The notes beneath the pieces were generated by a model that saw only the letters and a program-made list of their open reading frames with translations, was not told the origin of the DNA and did not search any database. Shown here piece by piece: positions 12,233 through 23,223 of a DNA stretch of 64,000 nt. Position 1 is the first letter of the stretch. Every line of letters begins with the position of its first letter. Both the position numbers and the translations under genes were made by a program. Source of the DNA: Trichodelitschia bisporula (Eukaryota); the NCBI GenBank assembly GCA_010356995.1, contig ML996709.1, positions 76,606 to 140,605 of the forward strand, in the 5' to 3' direction.

Positions 12233-12707
12233 TTACTTTGATACCTGTACCCAAAAACCCTCGCCCAAATCGTTTTCCCCACCAGCCCGAATATCGCCAT
12301 CAACTTCTTGACGACAATCTCTGATGAGTTCCTCCAATTTGTCTGCTACCACAGAGCACGGCACAGTACCGGGATTTCCCATAAGATAAAGGCGAATACC
12401 ATCTGGAGGATGGGAATATTTAGCAAGGCGTGCCTCTGCGATTTTCTGGAAGGGGGCGCTTACCTCTGTGAACCATCTGTGTCTTGCCCCCGTTGTGCTT
12501 GCACAGTCCTCCGTTCCTACGAAGCTCATTTGCCCCTATCTGAATGTTCGACACTCCAGGTGATCTCGGACTAGTTTCGCATCGTACATTGGCTGGCGCC
12601 CGCTTTTCGAGAATTTTTGAAGTTTGGTCTACGGTGCGCCGCTGGGACAGACTCGCGGCTGTTGCTGTTCCCAGCAGAAATGCAATGGTGATGGAGGAAA
12701 ACTTCAT
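12233..12707 (-). CDS. Small secreted Cys-containing effector-like protein (signal peptide + Kex2 propeptide), 2 exons (12707-12464, 12402-12233)
   Basis: MKFSSITIAFLLGTATAA-SLSQRR...ILEKR|APANVRCETSPRSP...LCKHNGG...VPCSVVADKLEELIRDC...DGDIRAGG...VSK*. A 61-bp intron GTAAGC..GCTAAA..CCAG keeps the frame. 4 Cys in the mature part. Confidence 0.85.
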
Positions 12708-13405
12708 GTTGGATACACCAAATTGAAACTGTAGGGATTTGTGGATTTACAAAGACTCCGAGAGCTGGGAAATGTTGAACTGACTGTCCAAAATGTGAGC
12801 CTACCGTCTACTTATACTTTTCGTGCCTCACTTACTCTAAAAACTTGTGCAGCCCAAGTGAGGCACATTTCGCTGTAAACCAGAACTGATGCCCAAATTC
12901 AGAATCCTACATTGCGAGCCGGGACGAAGTGGATGACCTCGGCAGGTTGAAAGCTTCCTGACAACTCAAATCTCGCCCCAAGGAAAAGATTTGCAGGAAG
13001 GCATCCATATTCCATATTCACTTAAAAATAAATTTACCTCAGGGTTGGCAAATCACATTTTTGGAACGAAGGATCTCCACGGCCCCAGGCCTTTTAAATA
13101 GTCAAATTAAGCTCTCAACCCTCTAACCCCTCCCCAAAGCCTAGATGGAATCTTCTGGGTCTACCCAGAACCGATAGGGTGGGGGTGGAGGCCAAAACGA
13201 AAGTTCCTGGCCCCTACTATAGAATGACCATGGGAACGGGTGTGCCCGTTTGGTTTTGGTAGAGGGCCTTGGCACGAAGCTGAAAAGACACAGGAGTAAC
13301 CAGATGGGTTTTTGCTCACACAATGTCACTCACACTTTGTATGCTTCCCGGACTGAAAACAAGCTCAAACAACCCTTTTTCTATTCGCCTTGGTCGCGCC
13401 ATTCC

Positions 13406-13668
13406 TGTCATGGGCTAGCCCATGGTTCCTTGGCGCTAAGGCGCGTTCTGCCATACCCGCCGCGATCAGCATGTATGTGCGTTCAGCCTCATCCCGCCCA
13501 GGGCGGGATGTTCCTTAGCAACGCCCGAGACACTCGGAGAAGCTTACTAACAGCTGTATTTACACTCTTGTACTTAAGTCGCTTGTCCTTCATTATGTAG
13601 AAAGTTCAATCGAACCTCTTCGCATCCAAACGAGTGTGCTTAGTGTTCTCACTTCTCACCCCGTGACA
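13406..13668 (+). mobile_element. Solo LTR family A, copy 2 (263 bp)
   Basis: TGTCA...TGACA with an internal TACTTAAG TATA-like motif. Inverted near-identical copy of 10813-11075. Flanks ATTCC / TGCGG, so no TSD. Confidence 0.9.
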
Positions 13669-14674
13669 TGCGGAGGCATACAGAGGGTAATGATGTTATT
13701 CTGCTGGCAATAGAGCTCGAATTCGGTCGAGTGGTGGCTTTCGTGGCCGTCGAGGATCAATAACCGGCATTTGCCTTTTGTCCGGGGAGCTGTATGGTGA
13801 TCAAAGTGCTTGATCCAATCCAGGCCTACCATATTAGTAGTCCAACCATTGTCGGTAGTTGCGAGGCGCCAGTCGGCTGGAAGGTTGCACTCTGAATACC
13901 AGTTGGCAAGATGGTATTGCGCGGCCAGGATAATGAAGGGAGGGATGGCCCAGCCGAGGGCATTGACTCCCTGGATCACTGTCGCCCACTCGCGGTTGCC
14001 AGGCTGGGCTAGTTTCACCTTGCTAAGGCCGTCCGATGTCGTGACCACCATGCCTGCGAAGATAATACCCATCATGAACCCAGTCTCGTCGAAGTTATAG
14101 ACATCGTCATCCACGATACCGTACTTGGCCGTAGTGTTCCGTACGAGCGCAAACCACTCGCTAATAACCGTCGGATCCTCGCACTTGGCCCTCTGGTAGT
14201 CGTATGTACGCGTATAACGCATATGGAGCTCAGGTTGGCGTTTGACAAAGTTGTGGGCCCAGCGTTTGCCGACAGGAGGCGCGTCACGTTCGCGTAGCAG
14301 TTGGTTGGCCATATCTTCCACACCACGCAATCTGGGCGGGAATGCACGCGCAGATAGCTCAATCACATATTGAACTATCGCCTTCTCTTCCAAGTTGGTA
14401 AGCTTGCGCGATTTGGCTGGTAGATCGCGTCGCGCAGGCCGGCCAGCAAGTCGGTCTTGCAAGGTTGTTCGTGGAACGTTGTAAAGCTTCGATACAGCTC
14501 TTACGTTAAGGTTTTCATTATTTCGAATAGCTTCAAGTGCTAGAATCATCCTAGCCTCTTACGAAGGAGAAGGCATGTTTTGTTGTGGAAGAATCTGGTG
14601 TGAATGTGAGAGACACGCATCGCGGTACGAAGTGGCCGGCTCGCTTATCTGGCCGGCTCGCTTATCATTCACGT
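13669..14674 (-). mobile_element. Fot1/Pogo (Tc1-mariner) DNA transposon, 5' half only
   Basis: TA (14675-14676) then TIR ACGTGAATGATAAGCGAGCCGGCCAGATAAGCGAGCCGGCC. HTH-psq/CENP-B HTH, YNFDETGF and LLILDGHESH motifs. Truncated at LCMPPH by LTR A2. ATG at 14576 is followed by an in-frame TAA at codon 6. Confidence 0.92.
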
Positions 14675-15013
14675 TATGCATTACTCTCCTTCAGCAAGCC
14701 TTTTCCTGGGCCTCTTCGACCCGCCTCGGCCGGTGAAAGAGGTATTGGGGGTGGAGTCCCTTGCGTCGCCGCCAGTACTTTGCTGACTGTTTCCTTGTGA
14801 TTGAAAATCAGGCTGGCTTGATCCCGAAAGATTATAGCGCTGAAGGTCTTCTGAAAGCCCAAAACTCTGGGAAAGTTGTGGAACGCTGAAATCCAAATCT
14901 GCCGGTATTTGGTCTATAGCTGAACATAGCCGTTTGAAGTGACTCGGCATCCATACGTCGTACACATTCTTGGTGAATTTGTATGCTGTCCACTTCTCCC
15001 TGCCATCTAGTTC

Positions 15014-16226
15014 CAGACCGGTCAATAATCAATATCAGATTGAGTATTGATTGGATTGATCGCCAAGATATTGCCAAGACCTCTTTCAATCCGATCCGAT
15101 CTGCTCATGGATTGTATTGAGGATTATCAATATATTATCAATATCTCTACCCAAAAGCTTCGATAAGCGTCGATAAGCGCCTAAAAGTAGGTCTATCGAG
15201 TACTTTATATCGCCTTCTATAAGCTGCTACGAGCTTCTATATGTATATAGCAAACGTGGATTTGTGGCCAATTTGTTGGTACATTTGATGTACGAATTTA
15301 TCTCTTACCATAAGGCTTCCCAGCAACCATTCCAAAACTTACCCCCACTTAGCTCCGGTACGCAGCTTCCTCATTTACACGTCCAATATACGCGTCAATT
15401 ATGGTGCCAAGCTATTTCCGGGCCTTTCCGAAGCTCTCCGAGCTCTCTAACACATATATTTCTACATGGTGATTTGACGCAGTACGCACTTCTCCTCATA
15501 GGGGCGAAACTAAATCCGGCCTAGCGCCAGCTAATAGGAGCCCCCACTCGCGGTCTCCATCATCTCTCATCTTCCAGATGATCCCTCGTCTCTCACATCA
15601 CTGTCACGGTATGACACCCGGTTTCTGTTGCTCCATGGACTCGCACCATCACCGGGTTTGTATGGGGCTTGGCGCGGTGCCAAGCCGCCACACTCACACT
15701 CGTACACCAGGCCTACTTACCCGCAGTCCCTGACACCTTTACTCCGTAGCTTTACAATCTACGTCTTACCCACATCTTGATCGTGCATGCGTGATTGTTG
15801 ACGGTGACAACCTCACCCAATCAGCAAATCAGCGTTGGCATGGTGGTGCGAAGAGTCTCAAGTGCGCACCTATCCTCATCTTGCTCGCATGGCAATCGTT
15901 GTCATGTCCGTTCCATCGTCAGCGGATGAGAACGAGCGGGTATTTTCTGGAGGTAGACGCACGCTGTCATGGGACCGAGCATCGCTGTCACCTCAGCACG
16001 TGGAGATGAATGAGTGTATCGTCAGCTGACACTCAGAAGGGTTAATTGGGACTTTCTTTGCTGGTGACGATGAGACCATGGTTGAGGTTTTGAACGATTA
16101 GCATGGTTACGTGATGTAGATTGACAATAATTGATAATATATTGAGATTGATTGCCAAGACTCGATCTCTTGGCAATCAATACAATATGGATCGGATATT
16201 GGATTGATTGATTATTGACCGGTCTG
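15014..16226 (+). mobile_element. Internally deleted hAT DNA transposon
   Basis: TIR CAGACCGGTCAATAATCAAT / ATTGATTATTGACCGGTCTG. Exact 8-bp TSD TCTAGTTC (15006-15013, 16227-16234). hAT dimerisation remnant WW...YPHLARMAIVVMSVPSSADENERVFSGGRRTL at ~15835-16029. Confidence 0.93.
15602..15809 (+). mobile_element. Solo LTR family C (208 bp) nested in the hAT element
   Basis: TGTCACGGT...ACGGTGACA inverted termini, internal TACTTA motif. Flanks ATCAC / ACCTC do not match. Confidence 0.7.
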
Positions 16227-18936
16227 TCTAGTTCTGTGAAGCTGAACTCGCGTATTAGATGGCGGTAATACTTGGTGTCCTTCCCATCAATGACTGGGTA
16301 GTGTCCATAGATCCTCACCGACCTATGGTCATGCGAGATTGAGAAGGCGAGAATCTCCCGGTGAAGCTCCATTTCACGACCAATGAGTCTGAAGAGCTCG
16401 ACGGTAGCTCTTACTGCAAGTGTCATGCTGTGAGCATTCTGTCGGTCCGCGATGTCGAGCGCTGTAGCACCGCACTTCACCTCACAAGTAAGGAACGGGA
16501 AGTACATGTAGTACGTGGCCATGAAGTATGACTGATCGCCGGAGATGAAGTTGCCAATGAACGGGGCAAGCTTGTCGAGCTGCTCTTTGGTAAATGCCTC
16601 TCGCTTGAATCCCACAGAGAAGTCCGGCTGTGGACATGTTCCTGTCAAAGGCAAGGAGTTATTCCAGCCTTCGTTGGTGCTCTCGATCAAGATCTTGAGA
16701 TGTCCAGCACCATATGTAGTCAGAGTCTCGGCTGACGGCACGATCAGAAGGGAGATATCCCGGATGACCCTGGTCTCATTCCTGTCCTGTATGTTTTGGC
16801 ATGTCCGTTTGAACAGATCATCGCGGAATAGCGATTCACTGGGAACCGTTTGTTTTGCATCAAGTAAGTTCAAATAACTTTTCTTGCTCTGCTGAATGAT
16901 GTCCAGATCCGATTCTTCCATAAAGCTACCTTTGGTTGCAAGCAAGAGTTTGTAACGTGGATCCTGGTAGGGAGCGCTCTTAACTTCTCTCGGCTTTTGG
17001 TCGCTGGGTGTTGTGGAGCTCGGCGCCACAGAAGTCGGCGCAGTAGTAGAAGCTGGATCAACCGAGACCATTGCAGATTTCTTCCGGCGAAAGGAGCCCG
17101 AAGACTTCTGCCTGGCAAGTAGATGGCTCATGTCGTTGTCACTCTGCTCGGAGTATCCTTCGGGCCAGTGTCCTGTCTTTGTCCAGTACAATATGGGATC
17201 TTTTTGACCGTCGACGTTGTCTGCCTCCTCTTGTTCGGCTGAGCTGTCAACAGCAGCTTTGTCAGGATTGTGTCGTGCCCGTTTGCGAGAAGCACCAGTT
17301 GCGCCAGATTCTGAGATATTTAGGCGTCGCTTTCTCCCTCCGGCTTGCTGGACAGGTAAGGGCTGCTGGACAAGTTTTCGAGGCCGCTTAGATCGTCTGA
17401 GGTCGGCGGCTTGCTCGGCTTCCAATGTTCGAGATCGTTTTCGCGTCGCCGCTTTCTGAGCAGAGGACGTATTTGTTTGATTGCGATTGCCAGTTCGGGG
17501 GCGTAAGTTTCTGCGCAATGAATTGCCCTCAACGACTGGTTCCTAGGTATCGTTAGATCTCTGCCAACAACAGACGCAGTCGCACGCTTGCCTCTTGTCG
17601 CTTATTATCCGTCTGAGTCGCAGACTCTTTCTCAATCGCCGACGTCTTCACAGCACGGGAGGTTCGGGGACGGGTAAGATGTTTGCGGTTTCTAGGATGC
17701 GCTTCGAGGTATTAGAACTTGCTTGATACTGTTATCGCACACCAAGATGTATTTACATACCTTTATCCTCTGAGGACGGCATAGGCAGTTTTTGCTGGGC
17801 GGCTAGAGGCTTCGAACGGGCGGCCATATTGAGTCGAGATATCGGTTGCTTATGTCTTGCCGCCGGGTTTTGTTGCGGAGTTATCTAGCGCAGAAGTGAG
17901 AAGTATGACAGAATCCAACGACAACGCCAAGCCACTTGGATACCGCAACGCACGTGCCCCTATCCCTGTCACTTAGTCCCGCCAGCTATCACCACCATCT
18001 TTGCACATATGCCGTTACTCCGTAGCTAAGTGACAGCAACACGTTCGCTACGCATCATGGAGAATCGCTAAAGCACCATTTTTATGATGATTTTTGAGCT
18101 CACGCCATCTCGGCTGGACACACTCCGTTTCTAAGAATCTATTTATCTATGGTTCGACATGCTTCTGGATCTACACCATCATCTACGCAGGAATGCGTGC
18201 GGGAATGGGTAGAGAAGAGCAAGGAGAGTTAGGCTTCAAGAAAGTATCAGTCCAGCTAGGCAGCTTAGGGCCATAGTTCAAACAACAATTCAGGCTGCCG
18301 TTTGCCATCCATGCCTCTTCTTTGGAATATCACACGTACTTCGGAGGAGAACCGGCTTTCCTAGCGGGCACTGTACCCAGGCTCCAGCACTAGCATCCGC
18401 GTGGCACAATTACTGCCTGGAGACCATGACTAGGTAGCTGTACGTTCATGCCAGCATGCTGTGGTGCATCGCCCCTACGACTTATCACCAAGTCCTCAAT
18501 CTAATCGAGCGCCTGGACATGCTGGCATGGATGAGCAACCTGTTATAGTGCCAAACGATGAGCCATCATTACAGGAGTATCAGGAGTCTTGTATCCATTC
18601 AGCATGCGCAGAAGATGCAGTTGTTCCACCATCAGATCATACTTTGAAGGCCCGCTGGCACTAGCTGCCTATACCATGCTCGTTGAGCATTATGCGCTGC
18701 TCACGTCGCAGTTCAGGCAGTAGAGAGGCGCTTGACGGAAGCACATCTCGACGTTTCTACTTCCGGTGAGCATGCTTTGACCCTGCACACAGTACGATAC
18801 GACCCGCTAGTAGCAGTGGTTTCTCACACAGCCCCGCTCAACTATGGCCGATATGCCTCCCATGGAGGATTCATTCTCCAATCGGGTATCTCCAGCTCGC
18901 CCCTGGATGTCACCAAGAGCTTGTGACTTCTTGGGT

Positions 18937-19218
18937 GTGGTTTTGACGACGACAGACGTCCTGCAATGTATGGCTCCAGCTCGTTTGGGAGGTGCCTTGT
19001 CACTCGTCAGTCTAAGAGACGCTTCCTGGTAGTGGCTTTGACAACGACAGACGTCCTGCAGTGTATGGCTCCAGCTCGCCTGGTAGGCGCATCGTCAAAC
19101 AACTCGTCAGTAGATACTCAGTGGCTTTGACGACGACAGACGTCCTGCAATGTATGGTTCCGACTCACTTGGGGGTTGCATCGTCAAACAACTCGTCAGA
19201 GACGCCTCCCTGGCAGTG
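18937..19218. repeat. Three tandem ~90-bp repeats
   Basis: GTGG(T/C)TTTGAC(G/A)ACGACAGACGTCCTGCA(A/G)TGTATGG starts at 18937, 19032 and 19121. Confidence 0.9.
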
Positions 19219-20224
19219 GCGGCAGCGGGTCCCGTACTCCTTCATGGTAATGTTTTGTTCAATGTCACCCCTCGCGATCCTCGTCCAGTCATTGGCGATC
19301 AGAATAGAACAGACTAACCTTGTCATAAGGCTTGGGGAGCCTTTGGTCACTATCACTTCTGTTAGAGGGTTCTGGATAATAACTCAGTGAGCTGATAGTC
19401 TTTCGATGTAAAGTCTCTTTACAACTTGATTGAAGATAGATAGTCAGAAATTTTAAACTCTGTTCTGTATTAAACTCAATTGTGAAAGCTACAAAGATCA
19501 TTATGTACCGCTAGCTGAACTCACTCGTAATAATCGACCCACAGTTCTCACTTCGCTTGCCGACACTGTATGCGAATCGAATTATTTAGGCCGCCTTGAG
19601 GACTGCAGATCAAAGGAAAGTATTACCGGTACAGGGGGTCGAAGAGCTAAGCCACAGATGACTGGGGCCCGAAAATGGGACCAGTCAGTCTGTGACACCC
19701 CATATCCCTACGAGCTGATTGGGGCCCAATTTCAGACCCTCTTCATGCTGCTCAGGGATAAAATCAGGCACAATCAGAGAGGCTCAGGCTTGAATCAAGC
19801 ACGATCACGCCGGCTCACGCCGGCTCACGTTCGCTCAGGACGAGCTCATGAGTGCTCAGCCACAGCTCAGTTGCTTACTAACAGCTCACGTTACACCCCG
19901 GCGTAACTCACGTCTCAAAACAGAAATGGCCACTGTGTGAGGGCATTTTGTCCCCGTGTATATACCGCTATTCCCCCACGCATACATGCATCTCCCACCA
20001 ATCACTCCCATGGCGTCGCGAGATAGCCCCCTCGCCTATCTCCAAAAGCTGCCTCTCAGCCCTCAGCTGCTGCAGGGCATTCGAAAGGCGTTCGCAGCCT
20101 GGGCCCAGCATCCGATCTGCTTATCAGACGGCCCGCGCCGCACGATGGAGAATGAAGTCATCTGCATCTCGCTGATCCCTCATTGACTCGCAGGGATCGC
20201 GCCAGGCACGCAAGCATCATAACA

Positions 20225-22650
20225 ATGGCTCATCATCCCACAGAGCGTACCCATCTGCTCTATCCTCGCCTCCATGCCGATGATGACGCCCGCTCGTTGC
20301 GCTCCGCAATCTCCAAGGAGGAAGGTGCACTCGCGGCAACGGCCGTTGGGGAACGTCTGCCGTACAACGACTACACAACCATCGACTGGCTGCACGACCT
20401 GGTGAGCTACGGCCGTCTGTCGTCATTTGGGACGGGAGGTTAACATTCCAGATCAAAGAGGCATACCGCCGTCGCGCGATCCATGGCGAGCCTGGCATCC
20501 GCGGATCGCTCTTTGCCGCCTTCGATGCCTGCTCTGGATGGATCGCCGTCACCCTCATCGGCGTGCTGATGGCGCTGGTTGCCTGTGCGGTTGACCTCGC
20601 TGTGGCTACGGTCTCGGATCTCAAGTTTGGATACTGTTCGCTGAATCCGCTGCTCAGCCGCGAGGCGTGCTGTCGTTCGGCCGGTGCGGAGGATGAGGAT
20701 GGCCAATGCAAAGAGTTTACGCTGTGGTCCACATCCTTCGGCCCTCAGTTCGGTATCTACGTGGCATGGGCGGTGCTGTTTGGCGTTATTTCGTCCTTCA
20801 TTACCATGTTCTCGAAGCGCTCTCTACCCCGATCCGCGCCGGGCCATGGCGACAAGCACCACGACAACCCCAAGTTCAACCTGCCAGTGAGCTCCACTCA
20901 GACTGGCAAGTCGATGTATATGTCTGCTGGCTCTGGAATTCCCGAAATCAAGGTAGGTTTATGTCATTTTCCACTTCTCTGTGGGTTCTGACTTCGTAGA
21001 CCATTCTCGCCGGGTTTGTCATTCCTCACTTCTTGGATCTCCGCGTCCTCTTTCTCAAGGGCATCGGCGCCGTATTCTCCGTTGCTACAGGTATGGCATT
21101 GGGTAAAGAAGGCCCTTTTGTACACATGGCCGCCTGCCTCGGGCATTTTGTTGCGAACCTATTTCCCAAGTACAAAGAGAATGGAAAGCAGTTTCGCGAG
21201 ATTCTTACTGCGGCCTGCGCCTCAGGGCTAAGTGCAGCATTTGGTGCACCGATTGGAGGCGTACTGTTTGCATACGAGGTATGTCACGCATACTGTGTTA
21301 ACATGTCTAACAGCGCAGGAACTGAGCTGCTACTTTCCACGCAAAGTACTATGGCGCACATTCCTCTGCTCCATGGTCGCCGCCATGACACTGCGCGCGC
21401 TCAACCCGCATAAAACCGGCAAACTCGTGCTCTTCGAGACCAACTATGGCACCAGCTACCAGCCGCACCACTATCTCGTGTTCGTCCTCATCGGAATTGC
21501 AGGCGGTCTATGGGGCGGCACCTTCACCAATGCCAACTATCTGTGGGCGCGGTGGTTCCGGAAGCATTCGATAATTCGCAACAACCCCGTCTTTGAGGTC
21601 TTCCTGATCATCCTTGTTACCGCTGCGCTGCAATTTCCGAACCCCGCTACGCGCGCCCCTGGGGATGCCATCATCCGCAATCTACTCGTAGACTGCAAGT
21701 CCATCGGCGATCATCCGTCTTGGGTGTGCGACAGTGAGGCCTCCCCGCACCGCGGCACCTACGTCGCATGGCTCGCGTACGGTACGCTGGTGCAACTCGC
21801 GTCCACAACCATAACCTTCGGGCTCAAGGTCCCCGCCGGCATCATCATTCCGGCGCTAGACGGCGGCGCGCTCTTCGGGCGCTTAATCGGGCAATGGGTC
21901 GCAGGAACGCACATTTCACCAGGAATTTTTGCCATGGTCGGTGCTGCCGCCTTCCTCGCCGGCGTAACGCGCATGACGATCAGCCTCTGCGTGATCATGT
22001 TCGAGCTCACGGGCGAGCTGGAGTACGTGCTCCCGCACATGATTGCCATCCTGTGCGCGAAATGGACCGCCGATTTGCTGAGCAAGGAGAGCATCTACGA
22101 CCTTGCGCAATCAGTCCTGGGACACCCGTTTCTCAATGCTGACGAGGCGATGGAGCTAGTGGAGACGCAGGGTGCGTTTGTTGAACAGCTTATCCCGCCT
22201 GCGGAGACGATGGCTGAGCTCACTATCGCTGTGCCGCCGAGCAATAAAGTCGCGCGACGCGTACTTGAGGAAAAGCTTGGGTTCCTCGAGCGGCGCGGGC
22301 TCATGGATGGAGGTGTGGTGCTTGTGCAGCATGGCGGGGTGCTGCAGGGGTACATGGCGCAGAACGAGCTCGATTATGGGCTCAAGGAGCTTGGAGCTGG
22401 GTTTGGAGCGGATGCTGAGGTGCGGTTACTTGGGTATGCGACGGTGGAGGGCGAGTTCGATCTCAGCGTTTTTGTGGATAGGGCGCCGGTGAGTATTTGC
22501 GCGAAGGCGCCGATGGAGGTGGCGGTGGAGATTTTTACGAAGTTGGGGGTTAGGTATTTGTGTGTTACGGAGGAGGGCACGGGGCGTCTTGTTGGGTTTG
22601 TGATTAAGAAGCGGGTGTTGAGTTATTTGGATTCGTTGAAGCACCATTAG
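20225..22650 (+). CDS. ClC-family chloride channel/antiporter with CBS domains (introns 20402-20451, 20953-20999, 21279-21318)
   Basis: DYTTIDWLHD, GSGIPEIK, GKEGPFVH, FGAPIGGVLF, AGVTRMTISLCVIMFELTG signatures and a C-terminal CBS. The start could lie further upstream. Confidence 0.95.
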
Positions 22651-23223
22651 CTTTTGGGAGGATGGTATGATACCCGCGGTCGTTTGATGGTTAGGTGGTG
22701 GTGAGGATAGGTTTCGGGAGACACTTTGCCACGGCTGCTCCGATCATGCCCGGTACTTGACCTGGCAGCGATAGTTCTTAAGGATCCGTTCATGGGAAAC
22801 GGCTATCTTTTATAGCCTATCGCCGGTACGTTAGGCTACCCTGTCACTTGCCAGTGACGCCTACGAAGTAAGCACCAAGTCTATACCCGCACTTGACACG
22901 CCAATCCATTTTTACCCAGCTTAGTATGCGACTCCATAGGGCTCCACCATCCCTCCATGTTATCTGATCACGAAGCAGCCGATACAGTACCACGAGTACG
23001 TACCGCCCCACCACGGACATGCTCTTCCGCAGCCCGGCGATAATGGTTCGGGGACACTCACCCCCGCCGGGAATAAACCCCGCCAACGCGCTCCCCGCAT
23101 TACCCCGCGTAGTCCCACCAGTGAGTAATTTCGTCATCAGCAAGCATATAAAAGCGGCACATAATCTTTAGCCACACCTCTTCCAAACCCTCAATTCCAC
23201 TCCGCTTCCCGAACACATCAACA

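Larger units (their letters stand above)
14681..17827 (-). pseudogene. Fungal PD-(D/E)xK-nuclease-like protein (DUF7924-type, family name from memory), split by a hAT insertion
   Basis: PQPDFSVGF...YFPFLTCEVKCG..ALDIADRQNAHSM...AFSISHDHRSVRIYGHY. Removing 15014-16226 plus one TSD joins FSFTELD to GREKWTAYKFTKNVYD and runs to the stop at 14681. Probable ATG at 17827 with two 5' introns (one possibly GC-AG). Confidence 0.8.
9895..19907 (+). mobile_element. Putative degraded Starship (tyrosine-recombinase giant transposon) relic; boundaries approximate
   Basis: Captain-like ORF is the first gene. CTTACT direct repeat at 9895-9900 and 19874-19879. GCTCA/CTCAC-rich arrays at both ends. Imperfect subterminal inverted matches between 10058-10150 and 19630-19682. 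Interior holds only TE debris and accessory-type genes. Confidence 0.6.

Noticed and set aside
13250..13600. Duplicated ORF (also 10881-11156) with near-identical peptide
   Set aside because: Incidental reading frame through the LTR.
10813..13668. Composite transposon with 263-bp TIRs, or a full LTR retrotransposon
   Set aside because: Each repeat has its own TG..CA LTR ends, the copies are inverted with no gag/pol between them, and the outer flanks show no TSD.
16022..16226. C-terminus of the 498-aa ORF as given in the track
   Set aside because: Read-through into the hAT TIR. The true C-terminus is at 15013-14681.
20010..20186. Extra upstream ClC exon
   Set aside because: Could not find a convincing donor that splices in frame to the ClC ORF. 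Left unresolved.
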